DNA of 64,000 nt from Symbiobacteriaceae bacterium (lineage in GTDB: Bacteria; Bacillota; Sulfobacillia; Symbiobacteriales; Symbiobacteriaceae), in contig DATCKG010000048.1 in assembly GCA_036562385.1 (NCBI GenBank), positions 1,344 to 65,343 of the forward strand, written 5' to 3'. Under the pieces are notes generated by a model that saw only the letters and a list, made by a program, of their open reading frames with translations, searched no databases and had not been told where the DNA came from. The translations under genes were made by a program, and so were the position numbers. Of this stretch, positions 19,743 through 29,247 are shown one piece after another. The stretch's first letter is position 1. Each line of letters starts with the position of its first letter.

Positions 19743-20669
19743 GTGAGCGTGTGGCCGGCAGAGTCCGGCGGCGGCTCAGGTTCCATCCTGCTCGTGGAGG
19801 ATCCGGCCGACCCCGCCGCCCGGCCCCTGCTCACGGTGGACCGGCCGGTCAGTTCCATCACCTGGTCGCCGGATGGGCAGACCCTGGCCTACGTGACCAC
19901 CCTGCCCGGTGAGCAGCCGTGGCTGCGGAACGACGCAGTGGAACTGATACCGGTAGCAGGCGGTGAGCCCACCCGCTGGCACGTGGCCGAGGCGGCAGGC
20001 ATCTATCTGGCAGGTTGGTGGCCGGATGGACAGAGAATCCTTTACTGGCCTGCACCTGTACACAGCGTCTCGCTGACGGCCGACGGCATGCCCCTTCACT
20101 CCCTGCCGCTGGGGGCCACGGAACCGATCTCGCTGCCCACGACCCATTTCAACCGCCACTACCTCTCCTGGGCGCCCGACGGCAGGACCCTGCTCATGGT
20201 AGAGCGCGGCGGCCGGCAGCTTTGGGACGAGAAGCGGCTGGCACTTTGTGACGTCACCACCGGAAACTGCCGGAGCCTGCCGCGGCCAGAGGACAAGGTC
20301 AGCATCGATCCGGCCGTGTCCCCTGACGGTAAGGAGATTGCCCTGGTGCGTGCGGACCGGGTCGCCGATCCCGAGCGGACGTGGTCGGCCGAAGAGATGG
20401 ACGAATGGGTCGGCAGCCGGACCCTGTGGCTGGTGGATTCGGCAGGAAAGTCGTTCCGCGAGATCACGGTGGCCGGGAAGGGCGTCTACAATCCAAAATG
20501 GGCCAAGGATGGCCGACACCTGGTCTACATCAGGGACGGTGCCCTCTGGGTGCTGGACGTGGAGACGGATCAAACCACCCGGGTGGTCACGCTGTCCACG
20601 ACGGCTCGGCACGGTTACTACGGGACCATTCCGTGGTGGAACAGCATGGCCTGGTACCAGAGCGACTGA
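19743..20669 (+). CDS. TolB-like beta-propeller (PD40/WD40-like repeats) protein with no signal peptide
   Basis: 308 aa with repeated W(S/A)PDG(Q/R/K) motifs: WSPDGQTLAY, WWPDGQRILY, WAPDGRTLL, VSPDGKEIAL, WAKDGRHLVY. GTG start has no SD. An in-frame stop lies 33 nt upstream. Confidence 0.65.
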   Translation: MSVWPAESGGGSGSILLVEDPADPAARPLLTVDRPVSSITWSPDGQTLAYVTTLPGEQPWLRNDAVELIPVAGGEPTRWHVAEAAGIYLAGWWPDGQRILYWPAPVHSVSLTADGMPLHSLPLGATEPISLPTTHFNRHYLSWAPDGRTLLMVERGGRQLWDEKRLALCDVTTGNCRSLPRPEDKVSIDPAVSPDGKEIALVRADRVADPERTWSAEEMDEWVGSRTLWLVDSAGKSFREITVAGKGVYNPKWAKDGRHLVYIRDGALWVLDVETDQTTRVVTLSTTARHGYYGTIPWWNSMAWYQSD

Positions 20670-20787
20670 AGAGCGACCTTTGACAACCTCAATGACTACA
20701 GCGGTCGAAGCCAACGTAGATCGCCGCACTCTTGTGTGAACAAGTCCACGACGGGGTATGGACCACATTTGCAGGGGCAACGCCAAA

Positions 20788-20816
20788 TTGCCACTAGATA
20801 GATTCTTTGGTATAGT
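20788..20816 (+). promoter_or_regulatory. Sigma-A type promoter TTGCCA-N17-TATAGT
   Basis: -35 at 20788-20793 and -10 at 20811-20816, which is 34 nt upstream of the small ORF start. Confidence 0.5.
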
Positions 20817-20849
20817 CTTGGCACGACTTACAGTAGGAGTGGCTCTCAC

Positions 20850-21008
20850 GTGTTGTGCCCGGTATGTGGCTATCCCCAAGACCCGGATAATCCGTTGTTC
20901 GATGAAAACGGTGGCCAACTCAGTGGTTTTGAATCGGGGTTTGATGGAACAAAAGAGGTGCATTTCAGAGGATACCGGAAACGATGGATACGAAAAGGAA
21001 TGCCGTGA
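20850..21008 (+). CDS. 52-aa CxxC (half zinc-ribbon) protein, below the ORF-track size cut-off
   Basis: SD TAGGAGTGG lies 8 nt before GTG 20850. Product: MLCPVCGYPQDPDNPLFDENGGQLSGFESGFDGTKEVHFRGYRKRWIRKGMP. Promoter upstream and terminator downstream. Confidence 0.55.
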   Translation: MLCPVCGYPQDPDNPLFDENGGQLSGFESGFDGTKEVHFRGYRKRWIRKGMP

Positions 21009-21039
21009 CCCCGTGGCAGCGGAACAACAGACAACATAA

Positions 21040-21064
21040 GGCGGAGGGGTTCTTCCCCTCCGCC
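21040..21064. terminator. Bidirectional hairpin terminator
   Basis: GGCGGAGGGG-ttctt-CCCCTCCGCC between convergent genes. Confidence 0.65.
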
Positions 21065-21076
21065 TGTGGTTTCTCC

Positions 21077-21580
21077 TTACTCTTTTTTGCTCTCTTTCTC
21101 CTCAGCGGCATCCTCCGGAATCATGGAGTGGGCGATCCGGCTCGCGGCCGCCGCCGCCACAGCCGACACCAGGTCATCCAGGAACGTATGACACTGGCCG
21201 TTCTTGTGGTTGTTCAACGTCCCGATCACCAGGGGCTTGGTCTTATCCAAGTAGCCGAAGTTGGTAAGCCCGATGGACCCGTAAACGTTGGTGATGGCCA
21301 GAGCCAGGATCTCATCCACGCCGTACAGGTAGTGGTCGTTGCGGACAATGGACTGCAGGGGTTCCGGTAGCTTGCCCTGCTCCGCGAGGACGTCCAGCGC
21401 CACCCCGGTAAGGATGGCATGCTGCACCTCCCGTTTCTTGATGACCGCCTCGACCCCGGCCTCGCACTCCGCCAGCGTGAGCTCCGGATAATACTTCCGC
21501 TGAATCTCCAGGACTACCTCGGCAATCTGCCGGAGTGTGACACCCCGGTCAGCCAGCATCTTGACAACAGCTTCGTACAA
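21077..21580 (-). CDS. Phosphatidylglycerophosphatase A-family protein (YutG-like)
   Basis: 167 aa. Motifs YLYGVDEILALAITNVYGSIGLTNFGYLD and HTFLDDLVSA, as in Bacillus YutG. Confidence 0.75.
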   Translation of the reverse strand: MYEAVVKMLADRGVTLRQIAEVVLEIQRKYYPELTLAECEAGVEAVIKKREVQHAILTGVALDVLAEQGKLPEPLQSIVRNDHYLYGVDEILALAITNVYGSIGLTNFGYLDKTKPLVIGTLNNHKNGQCHTFLDDLVSAVAAAAASRIAHSMIPEDAAEEKESKKE

Positions 21581-21752
21581 GCTACAACGCCCCTTCCTTG
21601 TGAAGCCGCCGCTGGCACCATCCTGTTCATCCTACGCTCACATGAGTGCCCGGGTGCTCGCTGACCGGACTGGCGACCACCCCATAACGGCCCTCTCTAG
21701 CAGATGGACTGGTTACATAATTAGGACGAAAATCCGGGGTCTGACGTGACGG

Positions 21753-24700
21753 CTAGCGGCGCAGAACCACGCTATCCGGTCCCAGCAGATCGATCAGTTG
21801 AGCCAGCAGTTCGTCGCTGGCGGAGACCCGCAGATGGGGATGGACCTCGATCCACCGGCCGGAGCGCTCCAGTTTGATGCGAACCCGCACGTTGCCAGGG
21901 TGCTGCGTCAGCAGCCGTTCGATGGATCGCATCACGGGATCCGTCTCATCGCTGGCATCGGCCTTCAAGTACAGAATCGGTTGCCGGGCTGCAGGGGACG
22001 GTGTCTGAGCCGGAGCAGTGGCGGGGCTTGCGGCCTGCGAAGCCGCGGGCGGCTCGGCCGCAGGCGCCCTGACCGGAATCACTTCATCCGCCAGCACTTT
22101 CAGTTCTTCTTCCTGATTCTGCAGCCGCCCCCGCACCACCACCACTTTGTCCTTGACCAGGTACGAGTCGGCGACGGACAGCACTCGGGGGAAGACCACC
22201 ACCTCGACCTGGCCGGTCTGGTCCTCCAGGGTCACAAAGGCCATGCTTCCGCCGGAGCGGGTGGTAACCCGTTTCACCGCCGTCACGATGCCGCCCACCG
22301 CCACCCGGGCGCCATCCCGCTGCTCCGGCAGCGTCGCCACCGGCTGGCAGCCCCGGGCGTCCAGCGCCGCCTGGTACTGGCGCACCGGGTGACCGGAGAC
22401 GTAGAACCCCAGCACCTCGTGCTCCATGGCCAGTAGCTGTGGCAGCGGAAACTCGGGGATGTCGGGCAGCGGCTCGGGCTCAGGGCCGGCGCCGGGCACG
22501 ATCCCCAGGTCAAACAGGGACATCTGGCCGGTGTGGCGGTGTCGCTGGACCTTCTGGGCGTTCTCCAGCACCTGGTCAAGGACTTCCAGAAGCTGCGACC
22601 GCCGGGCCACCCGGCCGTCGGGCCGGCGGACCCGGTCAAAGGCACCTGCCTTAATAAGGCTCTCCAGGGCCTTGCGGTGGAAGTGCCGGAGGTCCACCCG
22701 CTGGCAGAAGTCCTGCAGCGAGGTAAAGGGCCCTCCCTCCTCCCGGGCCCGGACAATGGCCTCCACCGCGCCGTAGCCCAGGTTCTTTACCGCCACCAAC
22801 CCGAAGCGGATCCGGTTTCCGTCAGGGGTAAAGCGCACCTCTGAGGTGTTCACATCCGGCGGCAGCACCGTGATGCCCAGGCGCCGGCACTCCTCGAGAT
22901 AAATGGCCACCTTGCTCTCGGTACCCACCACGGAATTGAGCAGAGCGGCCATGAACTCCACCGGATAATGCCGCTTCAGATACGCCGTCTGGTAGGCCAC
23001 CTTGGCGTACGGGGTCGCGTGGCACTTGTTGAAGCCATAGCGGGCGAAGCGGAGGATCTGCTGGTAGAGCGCCTCGGCCACCTCCGGGCTGTAGCCCCGT
23101 TCCCGGAGCCGGGCCATGAAAAGCCGGCCGTACTTTTCCAGGTCCTCCCGGTTTTTCTTCGCGACCGCCCGCCGGAGCATGTCCGCCTGCCCGAGGCTCA
23201 TGCCGGCCAGCCTGTGGGCGATCATGATGATCTGCTCCTGGTAGACCATCACCCCGTACGTCTCCGACAGGATGGGCTCCAAGTCCGGATGCAGGTACTG
23301 AACGGTCTCCGGATGGTGCTTCCCCCGGATGTAGTCGGGGATGTGCTCCATGGGGCCCGGCCGGCAGAGGGAGATGGTGGCGATGAGGTCCTCAAAGCGG
23401 GTGGGCTTCATCTGCCGGAGCACGTCGGCCACCCAGCCGGCCTCCACCTGAAAAACGCCCAAGGTCTCCCCCCGGGCCAGCATGGCGTAGGTCTCCGGAT
23501 CGTCCAGGGGGACTTTCTCCAGGTCAAAGGAGGGATCCCGCTGCCGGATGGCCTTGACGGTATGGTCGATCACCGTCAGCGTCCGCAACCCCAGAAAGTC
23601 CATCTTCAGCAGGCCGATCTCTTTGAGCTGATCCATGTCGAACTGGGTGACGATGTTGTCATCCGCCGTCTTGTACAGCGGGACATGCTCCACCAGAGGA
23701 TCGGCGGTGATCACCACCCCGGCCGCATGGATGGAGGGGTTCCGGGGCATGCCCTCCACCGCCCGGGCCGTATCCAAAAGCGCACGGATCTCGGGCCGGG
23801 TCTGGTACTGCTCCATGAGGGCAGGAACCTCCTGCAGAGCGGTGGAGAGATCTCGTCCCCAGGGAATCAGCTTCGCGATGCGGTCCACGTCGCTGTAGGG
23901 CAGGCCCATGGCCCGGCCCACGTCCCGGACTGCCGCCCGGGCACCCAGGGTGGAGAAGGTGATCACCTGGGCCACGCAATCTGCCCCATACTTGCGGTGG
24001 ACGTAGTCGATCACCTCGCCCCGCCGCTCGTAGCAGAAGTCGATGTCCAGGTCGGGCATGTCCACCCGTTCCGGGTTGAGAAAGCGCTCAAAGAGCAGAC
24101 CGTAGCGCAAAGGATCGACGTCGGTGATCCCCAGCACATAAGCCACCAGGGAGGAGGCGCCGGATCCCCGGCCCGGTCCCACCGGGATGCCCCGGCTCCG
24201 GGCATACTCCACGAAGTCCCACACAATCAGGAAGTACCCGGGGAAGCCCATCGACTCGATGATGGAGAGTTCGTGCTCCAGGCGCTCCCGGGCGCCCGGC
24301 GGCGGATTCCCCCCGTAGCGGGGGCCCAAACGCTCCTCACAGAGGTGGCGGAGGTAGCTGGCCTCATCGTACCCCGGCGGCAGGGTGTATGTAGGCAGAT
24401 GAATCTTCCCGAAAGGCAGTTCCACCTGGCATCGCTCGGCGATGGCCAGGGTATTCTCCAGGGCTCCCGGGATGTGACCGAACCGGAAGTACATCTCCTC
24501 GGCCGACTTTAGGTACAGCTCGTTGGTGGGAAATCGCAGCCGGTCCGGATCATCCAGGGTCTTGCCGGTGCCGATGCAGACCAGAATGTCCTGCAGCCGG
24601 GCATCCTCTGGCCGGAGGTAATGGACGTCGTTGGTAGCCACCACCGGCAGCCCCTGCTGCAGGAGCCACTGATTGAGGGCCGGCTGTTCGGGCAGCCCGT

Positions 24701-25235
24701 GATCCTGCAGTTCCAGGAAGAAATGGTCCGGGCCGAAAATCTCCCAGTATCGCCCGATGGCCCGACGAGCCTCCTCTTCCTGCCCCTGCAGAAACTTGCG
24801 GGCCACCTCCCCGGACATACAGCCGCTCAGGACGATCAGCCCCTTGCGGTAGCGGTTGAGCAGTTCCAAATCCACCCGGGGCTTGTAGTAAAACCCTTCG
24901 GTGTAGCCGAAGGAGACGAGCTTCAGCAGATTGCGATACCCTTCCTCGTTCTCGGCTAGCACCGTGAGATGATAGGGCTTCTCGCCCCCCTCCTTATGCA
25001 GCCGGCTGCCCGGTGCCACGTACAGCTCACACCCCAGGATGGGCCGGATACCGTGGCTCCGGCAGGCCTTGTAGAAGGGAACGGTGCCGAACATCACCCC
25101 GTGATCGGTCATGGCCAGAGCCGGCATGCCCAACTCGGCGGCGCGGGCGACCAGGGGCTCGATCCGGTTGGCCCCGTCCAGCAGCGAGTATTCCGTATGG
25201 ACGTGCAGATGGACAAACGGGGGAAAACGGCTCAC
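21753..25235 (-). CDS. dnaE: DNA polymerase III alpha subunit
   Basis: 1160 aa. PHP domain FVHLHVHTEYSLLDG, polymerase core and a C-terminal OB fold. No intein-sized insertion. Confidence 0.95.
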   Translation of the reverse strand: MSRFPPFVHLHVHTEYSLLDGANRIEPLVARAAELGMPALAMTDHGVMFGTVPFYKACRSHGIRPILGCELYVAPGSRLHKEGGEKPYHLTVLAENEEGYRNLLKLVSFGYTEGFYYKPRVDLELLNRYRKGLIVLSGCMSGEVARKFLQGQEEEARRAIGRYWEIFGPDHFFLELQDHGLPEQPALNQWLLQQGLPVVATNDVHYLRPEDARLQDILVCIGTGKTLDDPDRLRFPTNELYLKSAEEMYFRFGHIPGALENTLAIAERCQVELPFGKIHLPTYTLPPGYDEASYLRHLCEERLGPRYGGNPPPGARERLEHELSIIESMGFPGYFLIVWDFVEYARSRGIPVGPGRGSGASSLVAYVLGITDVDPLRYGLLFERFLNPERVDMPDLDIDFCYERRGEVIDYVHRKYGADCVAQVITFSTLGARAAVRDVGRAMGLPYSDVDRIAKLIPWGRDLSTALQEVPALMEQYQTRPEIRALLDTARAVEGMPRNPSIHAAGVVITADPLVEHVPLYKTADDNIVTQFDMDQLKEIGLLKMDFLGLRTLTVIDHTVKAIRQRDPSFDLEKVPLDDPETYAMLARGETLGVFQVEAGWVADVLRQMKPTRFEDLIATISLCRPGPMEHIPDYIRGKHHPETVQYLHPDLEPILSETYGVMVYQEQIIMIAHRLAGMSLGQADMLRRAVAKKNREDLEKYGRLFMARLRERGYSPEVAEALYQQILRFARYGFNKCHATPYAKVAYQTAYLKRHYPVEFMAALLNSVVGTESKVAIYLEECRRLGITVLPPDVNTSEVRFTPDGNRIRFGLVAVKNLGYGAVEAIVRAREEGGPFTSLQDFCQRVDLRHFHRKALESLIKAGAFDRVRRPDGRVARRSQLLEVLDQVLENAQKVQRHRHTGQMSLFDLGIVPGAGPEPEPLPDIPEFPLPQLLAMEHEVLGFYVSGHPVRQYQAALDARGCQPVATLPEQRDGARVAVGGIVTAVKRVTTRSGGSMAFVTLEDQTGQVEVVVFPRVLSVADSYLVKDKVVVVRGRLQNQEEELKVLADEVIPVRAPAAEPPAASQAASPATAPAQTPSPAARQPILYLKADASDETDPVMRSIERLLTQHPGNVRVRIKLERSGRWIEVHPHLRVSASDELLAQLIDLLGPDSVVLRR

Positions 25236-25307
25236 GCGCTCACCTCTTTTCCCTCATTCATTAAATTCGCCGCCGGAAGGGCAGTACCTGCGCGCCCCAG
25301 GCGCGGT

Positions 25308-25351
25308 AAGGCGGGCAGGGAATGAAGGGTTCCCTGCCCGCCTTATTTTTT
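25308..25351 (+). terminator. Strong plus-oriented intrinsic terminator with no plus-strand gene upstream
   Basis: 13-bp perfect stem AAGGCGGGCAGGG...CCCTGCCCGCCTT, followed by ATTTTTT on the plus strand only. Confidence 0.45.
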
Positions 25352-25356
25352 CCGGC

Positions 25357-26253
25357 TCAAAAGCGGATGTCGCTCATGCGCATGGCTGCCACGCCAATCA
25401 CCGTATCGGCCCCGCCGTAATACACGTAGATGTCGTCGCCCTTGATCCCGTGGCCATTCGAGAAGACCACGTTGGGCACGTAGCCCTCCTTTTCCCAGCG
25501 CAGTTCCGGCTCCAGAATAGGCTCCGGCTGCCGGGCCAGGACCTTGGAGGGGTCGTTGAGATCCAACAGGGCCGCTCCCAGGCGGTAGCTGTTATCCGCC
25601 TTTCGGACGCCGTGGTAGATGAGGAACCAGCCCATGGGGGTCTTGATGGGCGGGCCCGCCACGCCCACCCGGGCATCCTGCCAGGTGCCGGGAATGGGCG
25701 AAAGCACCTTGGTGTGGCCGTACCACGTCTTGAAGTCCTTGGTCCAGGCGAGCCAGATATCCGGATGCCGTCGATGCAGCATGCAGTACTGCCCGTTGAT
25801 GCGTTCCGGAAAGAGGCTGGCATTCTTGTTGGGCTCGGCGAGCACCACACCGTGCCGCTCCCAGGTTACCAGGTTGTGGGAGGTAGCCAGGCAGATCCGG
25901 TAATCTCCCTCGAAGCGGTTGGAGAATCCCGTGTAGGTCATATAGTAGACGCCGTCCAGCTTCACCAACCGACCATCCTCGGGACCCCGCAGTTCCTGCT
26001 GATGCTCCCCGGGTCGCATGACAGGCTGGTCCAACCGCATGAAATGGACGCCGTCGGTGCTGACTGCGTACCCGATGAAGTTCCGGTATTCTCCATACCG
26101 CTCGTGGCTGCCGATGTCGGTAGCCCGGTAGAGCAGGTGAAACAGACCCCGATCGTAGATCGCTGCTGCATTGAAGACCGCTGCCCGACTCCAGGGTAGG
26201 GCAGGATCCGGTGTCAGGACTGGCTTTCCGCTCAGACGTTCTAGTCTGATCAC
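25357..26253 (-). CDS. GH130 glycoside phosphorylase/hydrolase (paralogue 2)
   Basis: GTG 26253 lies 8 nt after GGAGG and gives MIRLERLSGKPVLTP, matching the paralogue's N-terminus. Motifs AVFNAAAIYD, LLYRA, YVYYGGAD. Confidence 0.85.
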   Translation of the reverse strand: MIRLERLSGKPVLTPDPALPWSRAAVFNAAAIYDRGLFHLLYRATDIGSHERYGEYRNFIGYAVSTDGVHFMRLDQPVMRPGEHQQELRGPEDGRLVKLDGVYYMTYTGFSNRFEGDYRICLATSHNLVTWERHGVVLAEPNKNASLFPERINGQYCMLHRRHPDIWLAWTKDFKTWYGHTKVLSPIPGTWQDARVGVAGPPIKTPMGWFLIYHGVRKADNSYRLGAALLDLNDPSKVLARQPEPILEPELRWEKEGYVPNVVFSNGHGIKGDDIYVYYGGADTVIGVAAMRMSDIRF

Positions 26254-26297
26254 GCTCATACCCTCCGGGAAATGTATGGTAAACACCGCTGAGAACG

Positions 26298-27227
26298 CTA
26301 CTCGATCCGGTCCAGCAAACGCTTCAGGAGCAGGGACTTATCCACCGCGGCAACCCCCAGGCAGAAGTCGGCGCCACCGTAGTAGACGTAAAATGCCCCT
26401 CCTATCTCCACGGAACCGCAGGAGAACACGACGTTGGGCACCAGACCGTTGCGCTCCCATTCCAGTTCTGGTTCCAGGATGGGATGACCGTAGCGGGCCA
26501 GCACCTTGGTCGGATCGTCACGGTCCAGGAGCGCAACGCCCAGTCGGTACACCTTGTGCTCATCGACAGCGTGGTAGAAGAGTACCCACCCTTCCTCCGT
26601 CAGGTGGGGCGGACCGGCAATCCCGATCTTCCGGGATTCCCAACCGCCAGGGATCGTCTCCATCAGAATCCGGTGATCGGTCCAGTTTTCCAGATCGGTG
26701 GAAGAGGCGATCCAGATATGGGGGATGCGGCGGTGCAGCAGGTAGTACCGGCCGTTGATCTGCTGCGGAAACAGGGCCACATCCTTGTTCTCTTCATCAA
26801 GTAGAATTCGACGTCCCTGCCACTGGATCAGGTTCTTGGACCAGCACAGCGCAGGCCGATAGTCTTGCCAAGACCGGCCGCCAAAGGCGGTGTAGGTCAT
26901 ATAGTATGTGTCTCCGAGCTTGGTGATCCTGGGATCTTCTACCCCCCAGGCCTCCTGGTCACCCTCCCCGGTAAATACCGGCTTGTCAAAGCGGGAGAAG
27001 CGAACGCCGTCACTGGAGACAGCCAGTCCGATGGAGGAGACGAACTTCTCCTCAGGGAGAGGCTCGGGAGTGTCAAGCCTGTATGGGCGGTCCAAAGCGC
27101 GGTACAAGAGCCAAACCAATCCGTTGTCATAGATAGCGCCGGCGTTGAAAACGGCTGCCCGTTCCCACTCATGCTCCCAGATCGGGGTCAGAATAGGTTT
27201 CTGAGACAGGCGTTCAAGTCGAATCAC
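26298..27227 (-). CDS. GH130 glycoside phosphorylase/hydrolase (paralogue 1)
   Basis: 309 aa: MIRLERLSQKPILTP...AVFNAGAIYD...YVYYGGAD. No signal peptide. Confidence 0.85.
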   Translation of the reverse strand: MIRLERLSQKPILTPIWEHEWERAAVFNAGAIYDNGLVWLLYRALDRPYRLDTPEPLPEEKFVSSIGLAVSSDGVRFSRFDKPVFTGEGDQEAWGVEDPRITKLGDTYYMTYTAFGGRSWQDYRPALCWSKNLIQWQGRRILLDEENKDVALFPQQINGRYYLLHRRIPHIWIASSTDLENWTDHRILMETIPGGWESRKIGIAGPPHLTEEGWVLFYHAVDEHKVYRLGVALLDRDDPTKVLARYGHPILEPELEWERNGLVPNVVFSCGSVEIGGAFYVYYGGADFCLGVAAVDKSLLLKRLLDRIE

Positions 27228-28410
27228 TCATGTCCTCTCCTTGTGTCTCTTTGTAAATCGTATGTTCGACGGCATCCAAAGCGAGACTGACACTGCGAAT
27301 GGCATCCTGCAGCGTGACCTCGGGGGTGTAGTCTGGCTCCTGGATCGAACGGATGAAGTCCAGCATCCCCGCCTGGATGGCTCGCGCGTAAATCGCCGGC
27401 TTTCCCTCCGGGCAGTTGAGGTGCAGGCGGACGAAGTGGGTGGCCCGCCGCTTCAGACCGCGGCCCATCATCTCCGCGTCAGCACCCTGATAGGTTTCCA
27501 CCACCTCAAGGGTAGCCCGCACCGGTGCCGTGAGTCCGGCGCCCACAGGCAGATAGCCCGCTTTGGCGGTCTGCTGCAGGTACTCCAGGCCTTCCTCGTC
27601 CACGTAGGCCTCCACCTGCAGATCCACCGGCATCCAACCCAGGACCAGCACGTAACCCATGTCAAAGACCAGCCGGAACTGGGTGCGCTCCACCCGCCTG
27701 GGCTTGTCGAAGGCGTGATAGAACGTGCCCGGGACATCGCCATAGCGGGTCACGGCCAGCACACGGTCCGCAAAGGAATGGGACGGGCGCCGCCATGCCT
27801 CGCTGTAGACCAGGACGCCCGGGGCCCCGGCCAGTTGGCTGGCGATGTCGAAGAAGTGCACCCCGTGCTCCACCAGGATCGTTCCACTAACTTCCGGGTT
27901 CCAGAACCAGTGGTGAGGGGGCAGCTGTTCATCGCAGGCGTCGTTCTCGAGGTTCATGTGGCGCAGCGATCCCAAGATCCCGGACCGGCTCAGGGCCACG
28001 GCCCAGCGATACAGAGGGTTGAACCGCAGGACATAATCGATGCCGACCTTCAGGCCGGTGGCCTCAGCCGCCCGCGCAATGGCCTGCACATGCTCCCGAG
28101 TAGTGGCCAGCGGCTTTTCCACCCAGACATGCTTCCCGTGCCGAAGCGCCTCCAACACCGCCGGCGCATGGGCAGCCGGCGGGGAAGCCACATAGACGAT
28201 ATCCACGTCCGGTCGAGAGACCAGATCGAGGAGGCTGGTGCACACGGAGGCTCCGTACCGTTCCGCCACAACCCGGGCCCGGTTCGGATCGGTATTGTAA
28301 ACCGCAGTCGCCTTCACCTCGGCCAGCGGAGCAAAGGAGGCCATTGCAAAACGTCCGAAGCCGCCCGCACCCACGACACCGATGCGTAAGGGCATAGGCG
28401 TATTAGCCAC
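27214..28410 (-). CDS. Gfo/Idh/MocA-family oxidoreductase
   Basis: 398 aa. Rossmann motif RIGVVGAGGFGR and the EKP motif VWVEKPLA. Confidence 0.85.
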   Translation of the reverse strand: MANTPMPLRIGVVGAGGFGRFAMASFAPLAEVKATAVYNTDPNRARVVAERYGASVCTSLLDLVSRPDVDIVYVASPPAAHAPAVLEALRHGKHVWVEKPLATTREHVQAIARAAEATGLKVGIDYVLRFNPLYRWAVALSRSGILGSLRHMNLENDACDEQLPPHHWFWNPEVSGTILVEHGVHFFDIASQLAGAPGVLVYSEAWRRPSHSFADRVLAVTRYGDVPGTFYHAFDKPRRVERTQFRLVFDMGYVLVLGWMPVDLQVEAYVDEEGLEYLQQTAKAGYLPVGAGLTAPVRATLEVVETYQGADAEMMGRGLKRRATHFVRLHLNCPEGKPAIYARAIQAGMLDFIRSIQEPDYTPEVTLQDAIRSVSLALDAVEHTIYKETQGEDMSDST

Positions 28411-28413
28411 CTC

Positions 28414-29247
28414 CTACCGGAATATGAACTGGAAACCGGAAAGGAACCGCTTGCTGAAGATCAGGAACGTAATCACGATGGGCAGGGTCAGGAGCACACT
28501 GGCAGCGTACAGGGGACCCGGGTAGGTTCCGTACGGCCCCTTCATGGTGGCGAGGAGGACGTTGAGGGTCATCAGGTTCTGATCCTTCACCACCAGCAGG
28601 TCCCACAGCAGTTCCGACCAGCGCTCCATGAACAGGACAAGCCCGACCACCGTGGCGATGGTTGTGCTCATGGGGAGGATAACCCGCACGAGCACGGTCC
28701 ACTCACTGGCGCCATCGACCCGGGCCGCCTCCAGCAGCTCCTTGTCTATGGAAGCAAAGAAGCTGCTGAACATGAAGATGGCCCAAAGGTTGACCGCCTT
28801 CGGTAGGATCATGCCCATGTACGTATTATACAAGCCTAGGTACTTAATGATAAGGAACGTTGGAATCAGAAGGATAATCGACGGGTAGAACATCTGGAAC
28901 AGGAGAAAGGAGCGAACCACCCGTGCCCCCCGGAACGGCAGCCGGGCCAGGGCGTAGCCCACCATCGCTCCTACCACCAGCATGGCCAGGGTGTCCACCC
29001 CGGTGACCACGAAGCTGTTGAAGAACGCCCTGAACCAGGGCCGGGGCAGCCCGGTTTCGCCTCCGGTGAGCAGGAACTCGTAGGAGCGGAGGGTCAGGGT
29101 GGTGGGGATGACCCGGCGATCCACCTCATTCCAGGGCGCCAACGACTGCAGCACCATGTACAGGTACGGGAAAATGGAGAAGCTCGCCCCGAGAATCGCC
29201 ACGGTGTACAGAGCCGCCAACTTGAGGCGCTTATTCTTCGTAACCAT
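28414..29247 (-). CDS. Carbohydrate ABC transporter permease
   Basis: ATG 29247 follows SD GGGGGAG. Six TM segments and the EAA loop ELLEAARVDGASEWTVLVRVILP. Confidence 0.85.
   Translation of the reverse strand: MVTKNKRLKLAALYTVAILGASFSIFPYLYMVLQSLAPWNEVDRRVIPTTLTLRSYEFLLTGGETGLPRPWFRAFFNSFVVTGVDTLAMLVVGAMVGYALARLPFRGARVVRSFLLFQMFYPSIILLIPTFLIIKYLGLYNTYMGMILPKAVNLWAIFMFSSFFASIDKELLEAARVDGASEWTVLVRVILPMSTTIATVVGLVLFMERWSELLWDLLVVKDQNLMTLNVLLATMKGPYGTYPGPLYAASVLLTLPIVITFLIFSKRFLSGFQFIFR

Noticed and set aside
21613-21628. TGGCAC-N5-TGTTC, a possible second sigma-54 promoter
   Set aside because: The -12 element lacks the GC dinucleotide (TGTTC instead of TTGC). It sits between two minus-strand genes with no plus-strand gene to drive.
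22968-24512. 514-aa plus-strand ORF (also 19776-20963(-), 46619-48094(+) and 48693-49919(+))
   Set aside because: All are antisense shadows of dnaE, the TolB-like gene, the Fe-S oxidoreductase and the acyl-CoA dehydrogenase respectively.
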